Shown: piece after piece, positions 47,998 to 57,154 of the stretch | Numbering within the stretch: the first letter of the stretch is position 1 | Layout: each line of letters opens with the position of its first letter | Source of the DNA: a virus | Taxonomy: Duplodnaviria; Caudoviricetes | Reading direction: 5' to 3' (one strand) | Virus record (IMG/VR): IMGVR_UViG_2687453619_000001 | Coordinates: 1 to 64,000 of that record | Length of the DNA stretch: 64,000 nt | The notes under the pieces: generated by a model | The model's database searches: none | Told to the model about the DNA's origin: nothing | What the model saw: the letters and a program-made list of their open reading frames with translations, nothing else | Translations under genes and position numbers: made by a program

Positions 47998-48461
47998 TGA
48001 CCACCACAACAGCATTGACAGAGCATTTCACCCTGGAAGAATTCACGCGCAGCGACAAAGCGCGCTCCCTCTCTATCGATAACGCGCCGGCGCCGGCCAT
48101 CGTTGCCAACCTGCGGCGCTTGGCGAAGTTTAACGAGCTGGTGCGCCTGGAGCTGGGCGGCGCTGCCATGGTCATTTCCAGCGGCTACCGCTGCCTGGCA
48201 CTGAACCGAGCGGTCGGCGGCGCCGGCAACAGCGCGCACCTGGACGGCCTGGCCTGCGACTTTACGGCGCCGGCATTCGGCACACCGATGGCGATCTGCC
48301 AGGCGCTGGATAAGTCATACCTGCAATTCGATCAGCTGATCTATGAGCGGGTCGGCGGCGCGGTATGGGTTCACCTGGGTATCGCGGTCGAAGGTAAAGC
48401 GCCGCGGCGCCAGGTGCTGACGATCGACAACCGCGGTACCCGGATCGGTCTATGGAGCTGA
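47997..48461 (+). CDS. endolysin, peptidase M15 (copy 2)
   Basis: paralog of 8171-8635. Confidence 0.88.
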   Translation: MTTTTALTEHFTLEEFTRSDKARSLSIDNAPAPAIVANLRRLAKFNELVRLELGGAAMVISSGYRCLALNRAVGGAGNSAHLDGLACDFTAPAFGTPMAICQALDKSYLQFDQLIYERVGGAVWVHLGIAVEGKAPRRQVLTIDNRGTRIGLWS

Positions 48462-48874
48462 TCGTCAAAAGTCTGATATCGGCCCTGTTTGTCGGTGCGC
48501 TGGGCCTGGTCATCTATGTGCAGCACAACGGCCTGAAAGCGGCGAAAGAGCGGGCAGAGCGTGCCGAACAGATCGCACGCGACCGCGACGACACCATCAA
48601 GACCTTGACGGACGCGGCGGCCAGGGACAAGAAGGCCGCCGCGAAGCTACAAACCGCCCATGACCGGATCGCTACCACCCTCGCCGAGCGAGAAAACCTG
48701 ATTGAAAGCCTGCAACATGAGAATCCCACGATACGCAGCTGGGCCGATACTCCTCTGCCTGACGCTATTGCCGGCCTGCGGCAGCATCCAGCCGCCACCG
48801 GCGCCGACGATTACCGTCAACGCCTGTCCAACAGTGACCCGCTGCCAACTGCCGGCGGCAGCGCCCAGGACTAA
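48452..48874 (+). CDS. lysB: i-spanin (copy 2)
   Basis: paralog of 8626-9048. Confidence 0.85.
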   Translation: MELIVKSLISALFVGALGLVIYVQHNGLKAAKERAERAEQIARDRDDTIKTLTDAAARDKKAAAKLQTAHDRIATTLAERENLIESLQHENPTIRSWADTPLPDAIAGLRQHPAATGADDYRQRLSNSDPLPTAGGSAQD

Positions 48875-48995
48875 CGGCGCTATGTTGCTCGACCTGGAGC
48901 GCGCAGAGGCGGCCTGGGGGATCTGTGCGGCCAAGGTGGACGCTATTGTCGATTGCCAGGAGGATGCCGAGCGTGTACAAGCCAAAAAGCCTTAG
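48717..48995 (+). CDS. lysC: o-spanin (copy 2)
   Basis: paralog of 8891-9169. Confidence 0.85.
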   Translation: MRIPRYAAGPILLCLTLLPACGSIQPPPAPTITVNACPTVTRCQLPAAAPRTNGAMLLDLERAEAAWGICAAKVDAIVDCQEDAERVQAKKP

Positions 48996-49461
48996 GGCGC
49001 ATCTCAAGGCCGCTATTGCGGATCTGACCCAGAACCCCGACAAGCTGCTGATATTCGCCGATGCCGGCAATACGGTTGCGACCGGGACGAAATCCCTGTC
49101 GTTTGAGTATAGGTATCAGCTCAACATCATTGTGACCGACTATAGCGGCGAACCCGACGCGATCATGGTGGCACTGCTGGCATGGGTAGGGGTTCACCAG
49201 CGGGATCTGCTGGAGCATCCGGAGCTGCGCAAGACCGGTATCGGCTTTGATGTGGATTTCCACAATCATGAAACCGTTGATCTGTCGATCAAGCTGGCAT
49301 TGACTGAGAGTGTAGTCGTCAAAGATGCCGGCGCTGGCCGGCTGGAGGTGCGACACCCTGGAGAACCTCAGTTGACGCCAGCCTATGCGAATGCTTTCTG
49401 GCAGGCTTATGCGGGTGATTCTCTCCTGGCGGAATGGCATACGCCGGCGGATCCGGTATGA
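48964..49461 (+). CDS. tail completion gpR (copy 2)
   Basis: paralog of 9138-9635. Confidence 0.9.
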   Translation: MPSVYKPKSLRAHLKAAIADLTQNPDKLLIFADAGNTVATGTKSLSFEYRYQLNIIVTDYSGEPDAIMVALLAWVGVHQRDLLEHPELRKTGIGFDVDFHNHETVDLSIKLALTESVVVKDAGAGRLEVRHPGEPQLTPAYANAFWQAYAGDSLLAEWHTPADPV

Positions 49462-49922
49462 GCGGCAACTTACACGCCCTGGAGGCCTGGGCCAGCGCGC
49501 TGCTGGCCCAGCTCCAACCTGGTCAACGCCGGGTCGTCACGCGCAAAATCGCCCTGGACTTGCGCCGCAGCCAGGCGCAACGCATCGCCAGCCAGCAGGC
49601 ACCGGATGGTGCGACTTATCCGGCGCGGAAGAAGCGCAAGGATCTGCGAGGAAAAAAGGGAAGAATTAAGCGCCAGAAGACGGCAATGTTCGGGAAAATC
49701 CGCACGCAGCAATTCCTGAAAACCCAGCAGGACGAAAACCAGCTGGCGGTCGGATTCTTTGGGCGCGTGGCGCGAATCGCTCGTGTGCATCAGGACGGGC
49801 TGACGGACAAGATTGCAAAAAAAGGGCCGGAATATCATTATCCGGCCCGGCCATTACTTGGTTTTAGCGCGATTGACCAAGTATTGATTCGAGATTCCCT
49901 GCTGCGTCATCTAGTGAAATAG
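49458..49922 (+). CDS. gpS (copy 2)
   Basis: paralog of 9632-10099. Confidence 0.9.
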   Translation: MSGNLHALEAWASALLAQLQPGQRRVVTRKIALDLRRSQAQRIASQQAPDGATYPARKKRKDLRGKKGRIKRQKTAMFGKIRTQQFLKTQQDENQLAVGFFGRVARIARVHQDGLTDKIAKKGPEYHYPARPLLGFSAIDQVLIRDSLLRHLVK

Positions 49923-50017
49923 GCGCAGTATTCAATGGTGAAACACTTAACTTGAATGTGGAGTTCGGATCGGAGAAGACTATAATCTTTCAAAATGTCA
50001 ACTAATCGGGGGAAAGC

Positions 50018-50944
50018 ATGTCAGCGCTGGTTCTAGAACTGCAACGTGAGGCTTTGAACGCAACTGGTAGTGTGTCTAATCTACTTCGCATGGCCTACAC
50101 GGTAGCTCGTAAGCTTGATATTGCGGACTTTGAAGAGTGGATTGACTCTGAGCTAAATGGCTACAAGAGTGCTACCGCTATTCCTCCCTATCGCATGTTA
50201 CGCGGGTCGCTAAGAGCACGGAATCCGTACAATGGCTGGATTCCCCTGTATGTTCAAAGTACAAAGGACGCTGAGCTTTTTTCAAAACGCTCTACTGGTC
50301 AATCTATTGGTGAGCTGGAAAGCCTGTTGTCAGGTGATAAAGGAAATTCCGGCGAGCTCATCGTGTATTTTTCGGCAGAAATGGAAAAAATGCTGATGGC
50401 GGGAATGTCAGGCCCAAGTATGCAACCGGCTCTCATGGTTATGAAGTCGCAAGTTAAAGGAATCATTGAAATTGTACGTAATACTGTTTTGGAATGGTCG
50501 TTGAAACTGGAAAAAGCCGGGGTCTTGGGACAGGATATGACATTTTCTAGCGACGAAAAAGCGCGAGCTACTGCAGCTCCCATTTCATATCAGGTTCAGA
50601 ATCAGACCGTGATTCACAGCATGAATCAGTCACAGTTTCAACAGGGAACGACAGATTCCGTGCAGGCAATTGTGCAACAGCCGCTAGACGTGTCGGCAAT
50701 CGCCGATATAGTTAAAGAGCTTCGAACTCATCTAGATTCATTCAACCTGGACAAAGCGACACACGAAGAGGTCCTAGCGGATATTGCTACCATTGAAGCT
50801 CAACAAGGTTCCCCAAAGCCCCGAGCTGGGATTATTAAAGAAACGCTACGAAGCGTTCGCACAGTATTGGAAAGTACGATTAGCAATGCAGCAGGAACTG
50901 CATTGCCTGGTATTTTAGAGAAAATTGGGGGACTACTTTCATAA
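50018..50944 (+). CDS. AbiTii-domain protein (moron)
   Basis: LVLELQREAL....VSNLLRMAY.VARKL....FEEWI.SELNGY....IP.YR signature. Confidence 0.8.
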   Translation: MSALVLELQREALNATGSVSNLLRMAYTVARKLDIADFEEWIDSELNGYKSATAIPPYRMLRGSLRARNPYNGWIPLYVQSTKDAELFSKRSTGQSIGELESLLSGDKGNSGELIVYFSAEMEKMLMAGMSGPSMQPALMVMKSQVKGIIEIVRNTVLEWSLKLEKAGVLGQDMTFSSDEKARATAAPISYQVQNQTVIHSMNQSQFQQGTTDSVQAIVQQPLDVSAIADIVKELRTHLDSFNLDKATHEEVLADIATIEAQQGSPKPRAGIIKETLRSVRTVLESTISNAAGTALPGILEKIGGLLS

Positions 50945-51037
50945 TCTGTCTCACTAACGATACTGTTTGGTCGAAATGATTGAAAGCTGAGCTGCATTTT
51001 CTATCGTTAGGATGGCCTTTACCAACAGGGGGAAGCT

Positions 51038-51775
51038 ATGTATTTTCATATCACGGGCACAAATGTGCGGTTGCTTGGTTCTGTGCATGTGTTTCCCCAA
51101 GCTAGACCGGATTTACCAACTTGGGTATCAGATGCATATGAATGGTCTGAATCTCTTGTCTTTGAATCAGACCCACCGACATTGCTACCCTTCTTTAAAG
51201 CGCAAGATGGCGTCGCGCTATCACAGAAGGTGCCCGCAAATATCTATGCTGAACTGGAAAAATTTTGGCCGCCTGAAGGTCCGCTTTCGCCTCTTAACGA
51301 ATTGCAACCTTGGGCTGCAATGTTGGTCGCGTCAATGTTTCACATGCAAATGGCTGAGGGGGTAGATACCCGTTTTTTTCGATCGGCGACCGAACAATCA
51401 AAGGCAATTCATTTTTTGGAAACGGCGCAGGATGTGGCGCTAGCATTTGGCTCGATTCCTTTAGTCGAGATACACGCAGGCCTTAAGGAGCTCGTTTCTG
51501 ATTTATCTGAACCTCAACGCGTGTTTACGAACATGCACAATGCTTGGCTTACGCGTGATGTAGAAGCACTTTGGCTCGTTGCAAGTAAATTACCCATAAT
51601 GAAATCTCAGGGAGCCCGGAACGCGGTGTTCGACTTTCGGAATCAAGCATGGGCACCTGTGATTCAACAGATGCTCGGAACTACTAAACGGACTCTTGTC
51701 GTTGTGGGGGCGCTCCATCTATGTGGCCCTGGTAATCTTATCGACAGGCTTGGGCATAATGTTGAACAGGTTTAA
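51038..51775 (+). CDS. TraB/GumN-family protein
   Basis: LLGSVH, LVFE, GVD, LET, RN..W and VVVGALHL.G motifs. Confidence 0.82.
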   Translation: MYFHITGTNVRLLGSVHVFPQARPDLPTWVSDAYEWSESLVFESDPPTLLPFFKAQDGVALSQKVPANIYAELEKFWPPEGPLSPLNELQPWAAMLVASMFHMQMAEGVDTRFFRSATEQSKAIHFLETAQDVALAFGSIPLVEIHAGLKELVSDLSEPQRVFTNMHNAWLTRDVEALWLVASKLPIMKSQGARNAVFDFRNQAWAPVIQQMLGTTKRTLVVVGALHLCGPGNLIDRLGHNVEQV

Positions 51776-51809
51776 CCATTTGGATGACCTCCTTGTAAGG
51801 AGCTAAAAA

Positions 51810-51833
51810 AAGGGACGCCAGTCGGCGTCCCTT
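51810..51833. terminator. terminator hairpin, left copy of the IS target duplication
   Basis: AAGGGACGCC-AGTC-GGCGTCCCTT preceded by an A-tract. Confidence 0.75.
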
Positions 51834-53399
51834 CAGGTTGCTGACGAACCCACCATTTTTGGTGGGTTTTATTTTTTGTGGTGTGAGTTACTCTGCGAGA
51901 CTAAAAAACAGGCGATCGGCAGAGGAAGGCGTCATGCAAGAGGAAATGGCGCATCAAGGTGTATATGCGGTCGAACTGGACGTTTAAAGAAGCTAAAAGC
52001 CGCGCCAGCAGCAGCGCGATCTTCTTCATATTCTGGCAAGCAGCTCCCAACAGGCACTGCTCCATGACTTTGCGTAGTCCGCGCATGCGGGCGTAACGAT
52101 GGCAATGCAATTGCTTGGCGTCGGCAAAGCTGCGCTCTACCGTTTCCTTGCGCCGAGCATAAATACGCTTGCCCCATTCGGTAAGGCGCCTGGCGTTGAC
52201 CGCTTCCTTGGCGCGCTCCCATACGTGCCGCACCACGACCTTCACGCCATTGGCGCTGTTGGTGCATTGTGTGCGCACAGGGCATCGCTGGCAGACGGCC
52301 GCGTTCGATTTGTATTCGCGATAACCGATCCGGTTAGTCGTATTGTAGGGCAGCGCCTGACCTTGCGGACAGATGTACTCGTTGCGATACGCGTCATACT
52401 GGTATTGGCGTTTGTAGAAGGTCCCCGGTTTATGGTTGGGCGTGCGATACCCCATGATCCCGGCAATGCCGCGTTGTTCCAGTCCTTGGCATACCGCCGG
52501 CGTGAAGTAACCAGCATCCAGGCCCACCGCACTGACGGGAAAGCCAAAGTGGTGGCGTTGTCGGTCCAGTCGCCCCAGATACGGCACGCTGTCGTGTACC
52601 GACGCTGGCGTCGCATAGGTATCGGTGATGATGGCGTGCTTGGCGTCCACCGTACGGTGATCCAGGTAAAAGAACCCTTTCGGCTTGTCGTCACGCACCA
52701 TGTAGCCGCTCTCAGGATCGGTGCGGCTGATCTTGATTTCCTTGGTCGGCGGCGTATCGTCGTCATCCCGCTTGAGCTGCTTCTTGCCATGCGCGGCACG
52801 GTCGGTATCCACAGCCGCATCGAGCTCGGCCAAATAGGTCGAGGGCGTTTGCTGCACTGTCACCACATCAAACTTACCCTTGTTGGCATTGGCCTTCAGG
52901 TGGGTGCTGTCGGTGTACAACACGCGGCCATCGACCATGCCTCGGCCCATCGCCTGGCGTACGATCTCATCGAAGATGGCCTGATACACTGTGGTGTCGG
53001 TGAAGCGCCGACGCCGGTTCTGCGAGAACGTCGAGGCGTCCGGTACCTTGTCGGTGAGGCGGAAACCGGCAAACCAACGATAAGCCACGTTCACTTGTAC
53101 TTCGCGCATCAACTGCCGCTCGCTGCGTACGCCAAACAGATAGCCAATGAACAACAGCTTGAATAGCACTACCGGATCGAGCGCCGGGCGGCCGTTATCG
53201 GCGCAGTACAGGTGCGCTACCTTCGCACGGATAAACTCAAAGTCGACCGCGGCAGCGATCTTGCGTAACAGATGATCACTGGGTACCAGACTCTCCAGTG
53301 TCACCATCTCCAGCTCGTGCTGGTACGGGGCAGGGATTTTTAGCATGCTCCCATTATAGAAAAAGCCTTCCAACTTCGGAAGGCTTTGTCAGCAACCTG
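51834..53399 (-). mobile_element. IS1182-family insertion sequence
   Basis: terminal inverted repeats CAGGTTGCTGAC / GTCAGCAACCTG; 24-bp flanking direct repeat; single transposase. Confidence 0.9.
51901..53346 (-). CDS. IS1182-family DDE transposase
   Basis: LVP.DH.LRKI, GRPA.DP, SER.L, DSTHLKANA, LDAGY and VERSFADAK motifs. Confidence 0.92.
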   Translation of the reverse strand: MLKIPAPYQHELEMVTLESLVPSDHLLRKIAAAVDFEFIRAKVAHLYCADNGRPALDPVVLFKLLFIGYLFGVRSERQLMREVQVNVAYRWFAGFRLTDKVPDASTFSQNRRRRFTDTTVYQAIFDEIVRQAMGRGMVDGRVLYTDSTHLKANANKGKFDVVTVQQTPSTYLAELDAAVDTDRAAHGKKQLKRDDDDTPPTKEIKISRTDPESGYMVRDDKPKGFFYLDHRTVDAKHAIITDTYATPASVHDSVPYLGRLDRQRHHFGFPVSAVGLDAGYFTPAVCQGLEQRGIAGIMGYRTPNHKPGTFYKRQYQYDAYRNEYICPQGQALPYNTTNRIGYREYKSNAAVCQRCPVRTQCTNSANGVKVVVRHVWERAKEAVNARRLTEWGKRIYARRKETVERSFADAKQLHCHRYARMRGLRKVMEQCLLGAACQNMKKIALLLARLLASLNVQFDRIYTLMRHFLLHDAFLCRSPVF

Positions 53400-53428
53400 A
53401 AGGGACGCCAGTCGGCGTCCCTTTTTTT
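53400..53428. terminator. terminator hairpin, right copy
   Basis: AAGGGACGCC-AGTC-GGCGTCCC followed by T7. Confidence 0.75.
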
Positions 53429-53446
53429 AGATTGATGCGGCGTACT

Positions 53447-54289
53447 CTACATTGATCTGATCAGGTGTTCAGCGATCCACTGCGCGACTTGCGGCACAAC
53501 GGCGTTTCCGGCAGCATGAGTTTCTGCAAAGTTGGCCGCATCCAGTCCGCTGCAAAGCCCATGATCGTCAATCGTTCGCTGCCTGTGAGCCATCTGATCC
53601 CAGCCGTCGGCGGCAGCGATGAGGCCCGTACCGCTGATATTGATCTGCGCTGATGAACTCCCTGATAGAAGGGTAGGATATGCCCATGCGGCGATTTCGA
53701 CGGGGTATTCTGCCGGGCGCGGCGGGCCTGAAAAAGTTCCCACTGGAGCGGCGTCAGCCAGCAGCTCAAAGGGAGGGTGTCTGCCAAGACCTGCGACCAA
53801 GAAAATTCTGCGGCGACGCGTGGGGACTCCGAAATATTGAGCATTAAGCACTCGCCAGCATCCCAGATACCCGCATTCGGCAAGGGCAGCGATGACTGTC
53901 TGGAAGTCTTCGCCATTGTTGCTATTGAGGAGCCCCGTGACGTTCTCAAGCACCAGCCATTGGGGCCGAAGCTCGTTGATGATGCGGATGACCTCGAAGA
54001 AGAGGCCGGTGCGGCTACCGGCGAGTCCGCGGCGCTTACCCATGGCGCTGACGTCCTGGCAGGGGAATCCCCCGGTGATGACATCGACCGGGCTGAGATT
54101 GGCCGCGCCGCAGAGCCGGACGTCGTTGTATTGCGTGGCTTGTGGAAAGCGGTCCCGGAGGACCGCCCTGCAGGTGGGGTCGATTTCGACTTGCCATGAG
54201 GTGGTAAAGCCTGCTTGTTCAAATCCGAGATCGAATCCGCCGATGCCGGCGAACAGACTACCGATGGTTGGTTTTTGCTTGACATACAT
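53447..54289 (-). CDS. DNA cytosine-5 methyltransferase, alpha polypeptide (motifs I-VIII and X)
   Basis: SLFAGIGG, GGFPCQD, LENV, RRRRIF and GNAVVP present; no motif IX in this frame. Confidence 0.9.
   Translation of the reverse strand: MYVKQKPTIGSLFAGIGGFDLGFEQAGFTTSWQVEIDPTCRAVLRDRFPQATQYNDVRLCGAANLSPVDVITGGFPCQDVSAMGKRRGLAGSRTGLFFEVIRIINELRPQWLVLENVTGLLNSNNGEDFQTVIAALAECGYLGCWRVLNAQYFGVPTRRRRIFLVAGLGRHPPFELLADAAPVGTFSGPPRPAEYPVEIAAWAYPTLLSGSSSAQINISGTGLIAAADGWDQMAHRQRTIDDHGLCSGLDAANFAETHAAGNAVVPQVAQWIAEHLIRSM
53461..54285 (-). CDS. nested alternative-frame beta polypeptide of the C5 methyltransferase (motif IX); exact start uncertain
   Basis: 274-codon same-strand ORF inside the alpha gene containing IRWLTGSERLTIMGFAADW. 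Confidence 0.75.
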   Translation of the reverse strand: MSSKNQPSVVCSPASADSISDLNKQALPPHGKSKSTPPAGRSSGTAFHKPRNTTTSGSAARPISARSMSSPGDSPARTSAPWVSAADSPVAAPASSSRSSASSTSFGPNGWCLRTSRGSSIATMAKTSRQSSLPLPNAGIWDAGECLMLNISESPRVAAEFSWSQVLADTLPLSCWLTPLQWELFQARRARQNTPSKSPHGHILPFYQGVHQRRSISAVRASSLPPTAGIRWLTGSERLTIMGFAADWMRPTLQKLMLPETPLCRKSRSGSLNT

Positions 54290-54446
54290 GAGAGCCCAAT
54301 TGGTCAGATGCTCGATGGCATACTGGTGCGGGGCGCATGGCCCTCAAGTGATTTAGTGTGCCGCAACGTGGGCATTTGATGGAGAGGGCGATGTATTCAC
54401 CCTCGCCGAGCTTACGAGAACAATTACCACAACGAATATCTTGCAT
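54258..54446 (-). CDS. com: Com-family zinc-finger regulator (copy 2)
   Basis: IRCGNCSRKL...IKCPRCGTLN; overlaps the methyltransferase starts. Confidence 0.85.
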   Translation of the reverse strand: MQDIRCGNCSRKLGEGEYIALSIKCPRCGTLNHLRAMRPAPVCHRASDQLGSHVCQAKTNHR

Positions 54447-54628
54447 CTAGGTATACCTGCATAAATATGCTAGGCTTCGGGCCGCCTGTGCACAGGTGGC
54501 GCGGCCCTGGGCCTTGCTTGCAGCCTCATCTGCAGGTACGGTGGTGTGGTCGGTGTTAGTAGCACTGACCGCGTCGCCGCGTCTTAACTCGTACTTTCTC
54601 ACGCGCACGCGGCCTGCGAAACTGCGAC

Positions 54629-54655
54629 AGGGTTGATAAGCCGCTTATCAACCCT
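54629..54655. promoter_or_regulatory. dyad upstream of gene V (copy 2)
   Basis: AGGGTTGATAAG-CCG-CTTATCAACCCT. Confidence 0.6.
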
Positions 54656-54689
54656 CTGCCAGGTGCGCACAGATCTTCAACACGGCAAC

Positions 54690-55370
54690 ATGCTCAGCAT
54701 GACTGCCGAACTCCCCGACTACTCCGAAAACGCACGACTGCTGCACAACCTGATTCGTTTGGGTACTGTTGCTCAGGTTGCGGGTGGCCGCGCCCGTGTG
54801 CGTCTGAGTCCCAAGCTGACAACAACCTGGTTGCGCTGGGTGACGCAACGTGCAGGCGACGCCCGCACCTGGTGGTCCCCATCGGTCGGGGAGCAGGTTG
54901 TTCTGTTGTCGCCTGGCGGCGATCTGACCGCCGGCGTCATTCTGCAGGCGGTCTATTCTGATGCGTTCCCTGCGCCTTCCGACAATCCGGCCTTGCATTC
55001 GACGCATTACCCCGATGGTGCGGTTGTCCAATACGATTTTCAGGCGCACACCCTGAGCGCAACGCTACCGGACGGCACCAGCGTGACCGTCGCGCCCGGT
55101 AAAGTCACCTCGAACGCCGAAGATACGGAATGCACCGGCAACCTGCTGGTGCAAAAAAATCTGGTCGTCAATCAGAACCTGACCGTCAACGGCATGTCGG
55201 CCTTGAATGCCGGCATGAACGTCCAGGCCGGCAGCAAAGGCGGTGCGGCGGCTGTGATCCAGGGGATCTTGCGCGCTACTGAAGACGTTATCGCCGGCGC
55301 CATCAGCCTAGTTAAACACCCGCACGGTGGCGTCAAAAAGGGCGAAGACGAATCAGGTGGTCCAAAATGA
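54690..55370 (+). CDS. baseplate spike gpV (copy 2)
   Basis: paralog of 11929-12609. Confidence 0.92.
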   Translation: MLSMTAELPDYSENARLLHNLIRLGTVAQVAGGRARVRLSPKLTTTWLRWVTQRAGDARTWWSPSVGEQVVLLSPGGDLTAGVILQAVYSDAFPAPSDNPALHSTHYPDGAVVQYDFQAHTLSATLPDGTSVTVAPGKVTSNAEDTECTGNLLVQKNLVVNQNLTVNGMSALNAGMNVQAGSKGGAAAVIQGILRATEDVIAGAISLVKHPHGGVKKGEDESGGPK

Positions 55371-55705
55371 TGAACGCCCGTACCGGCCGCGCCATGTCGC
55401 GCCTGGCCCATATCCGCCAGTCCCTGGCCGACATTCTCACCACCCCTATCGGTTCCCGCGTCATGCGCCGCACCTACGGCTCCGAAGTACCGGAGCTGAT
55501 CGATCAGCCGCTGAACGGCGCCACGGTCCTGCGCATCTATGCCGCCACGGCTTATGCCGTGCTGCGCTGGGAGCAACGCATTGCCTTGATCGGCGTGCAA
55601 TTGCAACGCGGCGCTGATGGACAAGCCACGCTGCTTCTGGACGGCGTCACCAATGAACAGAGTGTGCAATTGGCCGTGCCTGTTGGTTCGGGAGCGACGC
55701 TATGA
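55367..55705 (+). CDS. baseplate gpW (copy 2)
   Basis: paralog of 12606-12944. Confidence 0.92.
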   Translation: MMNARTGRAMSRLAHIRQSLADILTTPIGSRVMRRTYGSEVPELIDQPLNGATVLRIYAATAYAVLRWEQRIALIGVQLQRGADGQATLLLDGVTNEQSVQLAVPVGSGATL

Positions 55706-56592
55706 GCGCAGCTATCGACCTGTCGCAACTGCCGGCGCCCAATGTCATCGAGCCGTTAGATTTTGAGATGATCCTGGCTCAGAACCTGGCCGACCTGGAA
55801 GCACAAGGCGTCAATCTGAACGAACTCACGGAATCCGACCCCGCCATCAAGGTGATCCAGCTTAACGCCTATCGTGAATTGAAATTGCGCCAGCGCATCA
55901 ACGAAGCCGCCCGCGCCCTGATGCTGGCCTATGCAATGAAATCGGACCTAGACCAGATCGGCGCGAACATGGACGTGCCGCGCTTGCAGATCTGGCCGGC
56001 AGATCCCGACAAGGGGATTGCTGCCGTCATGGAAGCGGATGACGACTACCGCCGCCGTATCCAGTTGGCGCCGCAAGGCATGTCCGTGGCAGGACCGGAA
56101 GGCGCCTATGTGTTCCATGCCCTGAGCGCGGACGGACGCGTGCGCAACGCGACGGCCACCAGCCCATCGCCCGGTCACGTGGTAGTAGCGATCTTGTCGC
56201 ACGAAGGCGACGGCACGCCTTCCCAGGAGCTGCTGGACATAGTCGCCACCCGTATGGCGGACGATGGCGTACGGCCCTTGACTGATTACGTCACAGTCGT
56301 TGCCGCGCAAATTGTCCGCTACCAGGTACACGCCAAGCTGTACAGCTTCTCTGGCCCTGATCCGACCGTTGTGCTGATTGAGGCGAACAAGCGCATGCAG
56401 AAGTATGCGAAGGAAGCGCACCAGCTGGGGCGCGTGCCGACCCATTCCGGCATCGACGCGGCGGTACACGTTGCCGGCGTCGAGCGCGTCATCCTGGTTT
56501 CGCCGACCGCAGATCCAGAAATATCGAAGCTGGTGGCGTATTACTGCGACGACATACAGATCGAGTACGGCGGCATTTGGGGCAAGGTATGA
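55702..56592 (+). CDS. baseplate gpJ (copy 2)
   Basis: paralog of 12941-13831. Confidence 0.93.
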   Translation: MSAAIDLSQLPAPNVIEPLDFEMILAQNLADLEAQGVNLNELTESDPAIKVIQLNAYRELKLRQRINEAARALMLAYAMKSDLDQIGANMDVPRLQIWPADPDKGIAAVMEADDDYRRRIQLAPQGMSVAGPEGAYVFHALSADGRVRNATATSPSPGHVVVAILSHEGDGTPSQELLDIVATRMADDGVRPLTDYVTVVAAQIVRYQVHAKLYSFSGPDPTVVLIEANKRMQKYAKEAHQLGRVPTHSGIDAAVHVAGVERVILVSPTADPEISKLVAYYCDDIQIEYGGIWGKV

Positions 56593-57149
56593 CCAAGAGA
56601 AAAATAAAATCCCTGTTGCCGCCCAATTCCACGCCGCTGGAGCGAGCGCTGGAAGCGGCCACGGCCCGGACCTCCGATGTGCCGGTCCCACTGCGCACCT
56701 TGCACAACCCGGACACTATCGATATCGATCTGCTGCCCTGGTTAGCCTGGCACTGGTCGGTCGATAGCTGGAAATCCTACTGGACGGAAGAGGTGCGGCG
56801 CGCCCGCGTGCGCAACGCCATGAAGATCCACCGCCAGAAGGGAACGGCCAAAGCAGTCAAGGACGTGGTGGCCGCCTTTGGCGGGTCCATCCTGCTGCGC
56901 GAGTGGTGGCAAAAAACGCCGATGGGTGAGCCGTACACCTTCGACCTGGTCATGACGCTATCCGGCGCCGGCGGCCAGTCGGCCACGGCTGAATTTGTGG
57001 ACGACGTGATCGCCGAGGTGAACCGTACCAAGTCCATCAGAAGCCATTTTACGTTTACCCAGGGTATCGAGACGCAAGCCGCGATTGCGGTGGTGGCGAC
57101 TGCCCGGCCTGTGATCTATGCCCGTTTAAATCTGACTGAAGCAAAGTAA
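56589..57149 (+). CDS. gpI (copy 2)
   Basis: paralog of 13828-14385. Confidence 0.92.
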   Translation: MTKRKIKSLLPPNSTPLERALEAATARTSDVPVPLRTLHNPDTIDIDLLPWLAWHWSVDSWKSYWTEEVRRARVRNAMKIHRQKGTAKAVKDVVAAFGGSILLREWWQKTPMGEPYTFDLVMTLSGAGGQSATAEFVDDVIAEVNRTKSIRSHFTFTQGIETQAAIAVVATARPVIYARLNLTEAK

Positions 57150-57154
57150 AACCT

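Noticed and set aside
52099-53166. 355-aa + strand ORF inside the IS
   Set aside because: Antisense shadow of the transposase.
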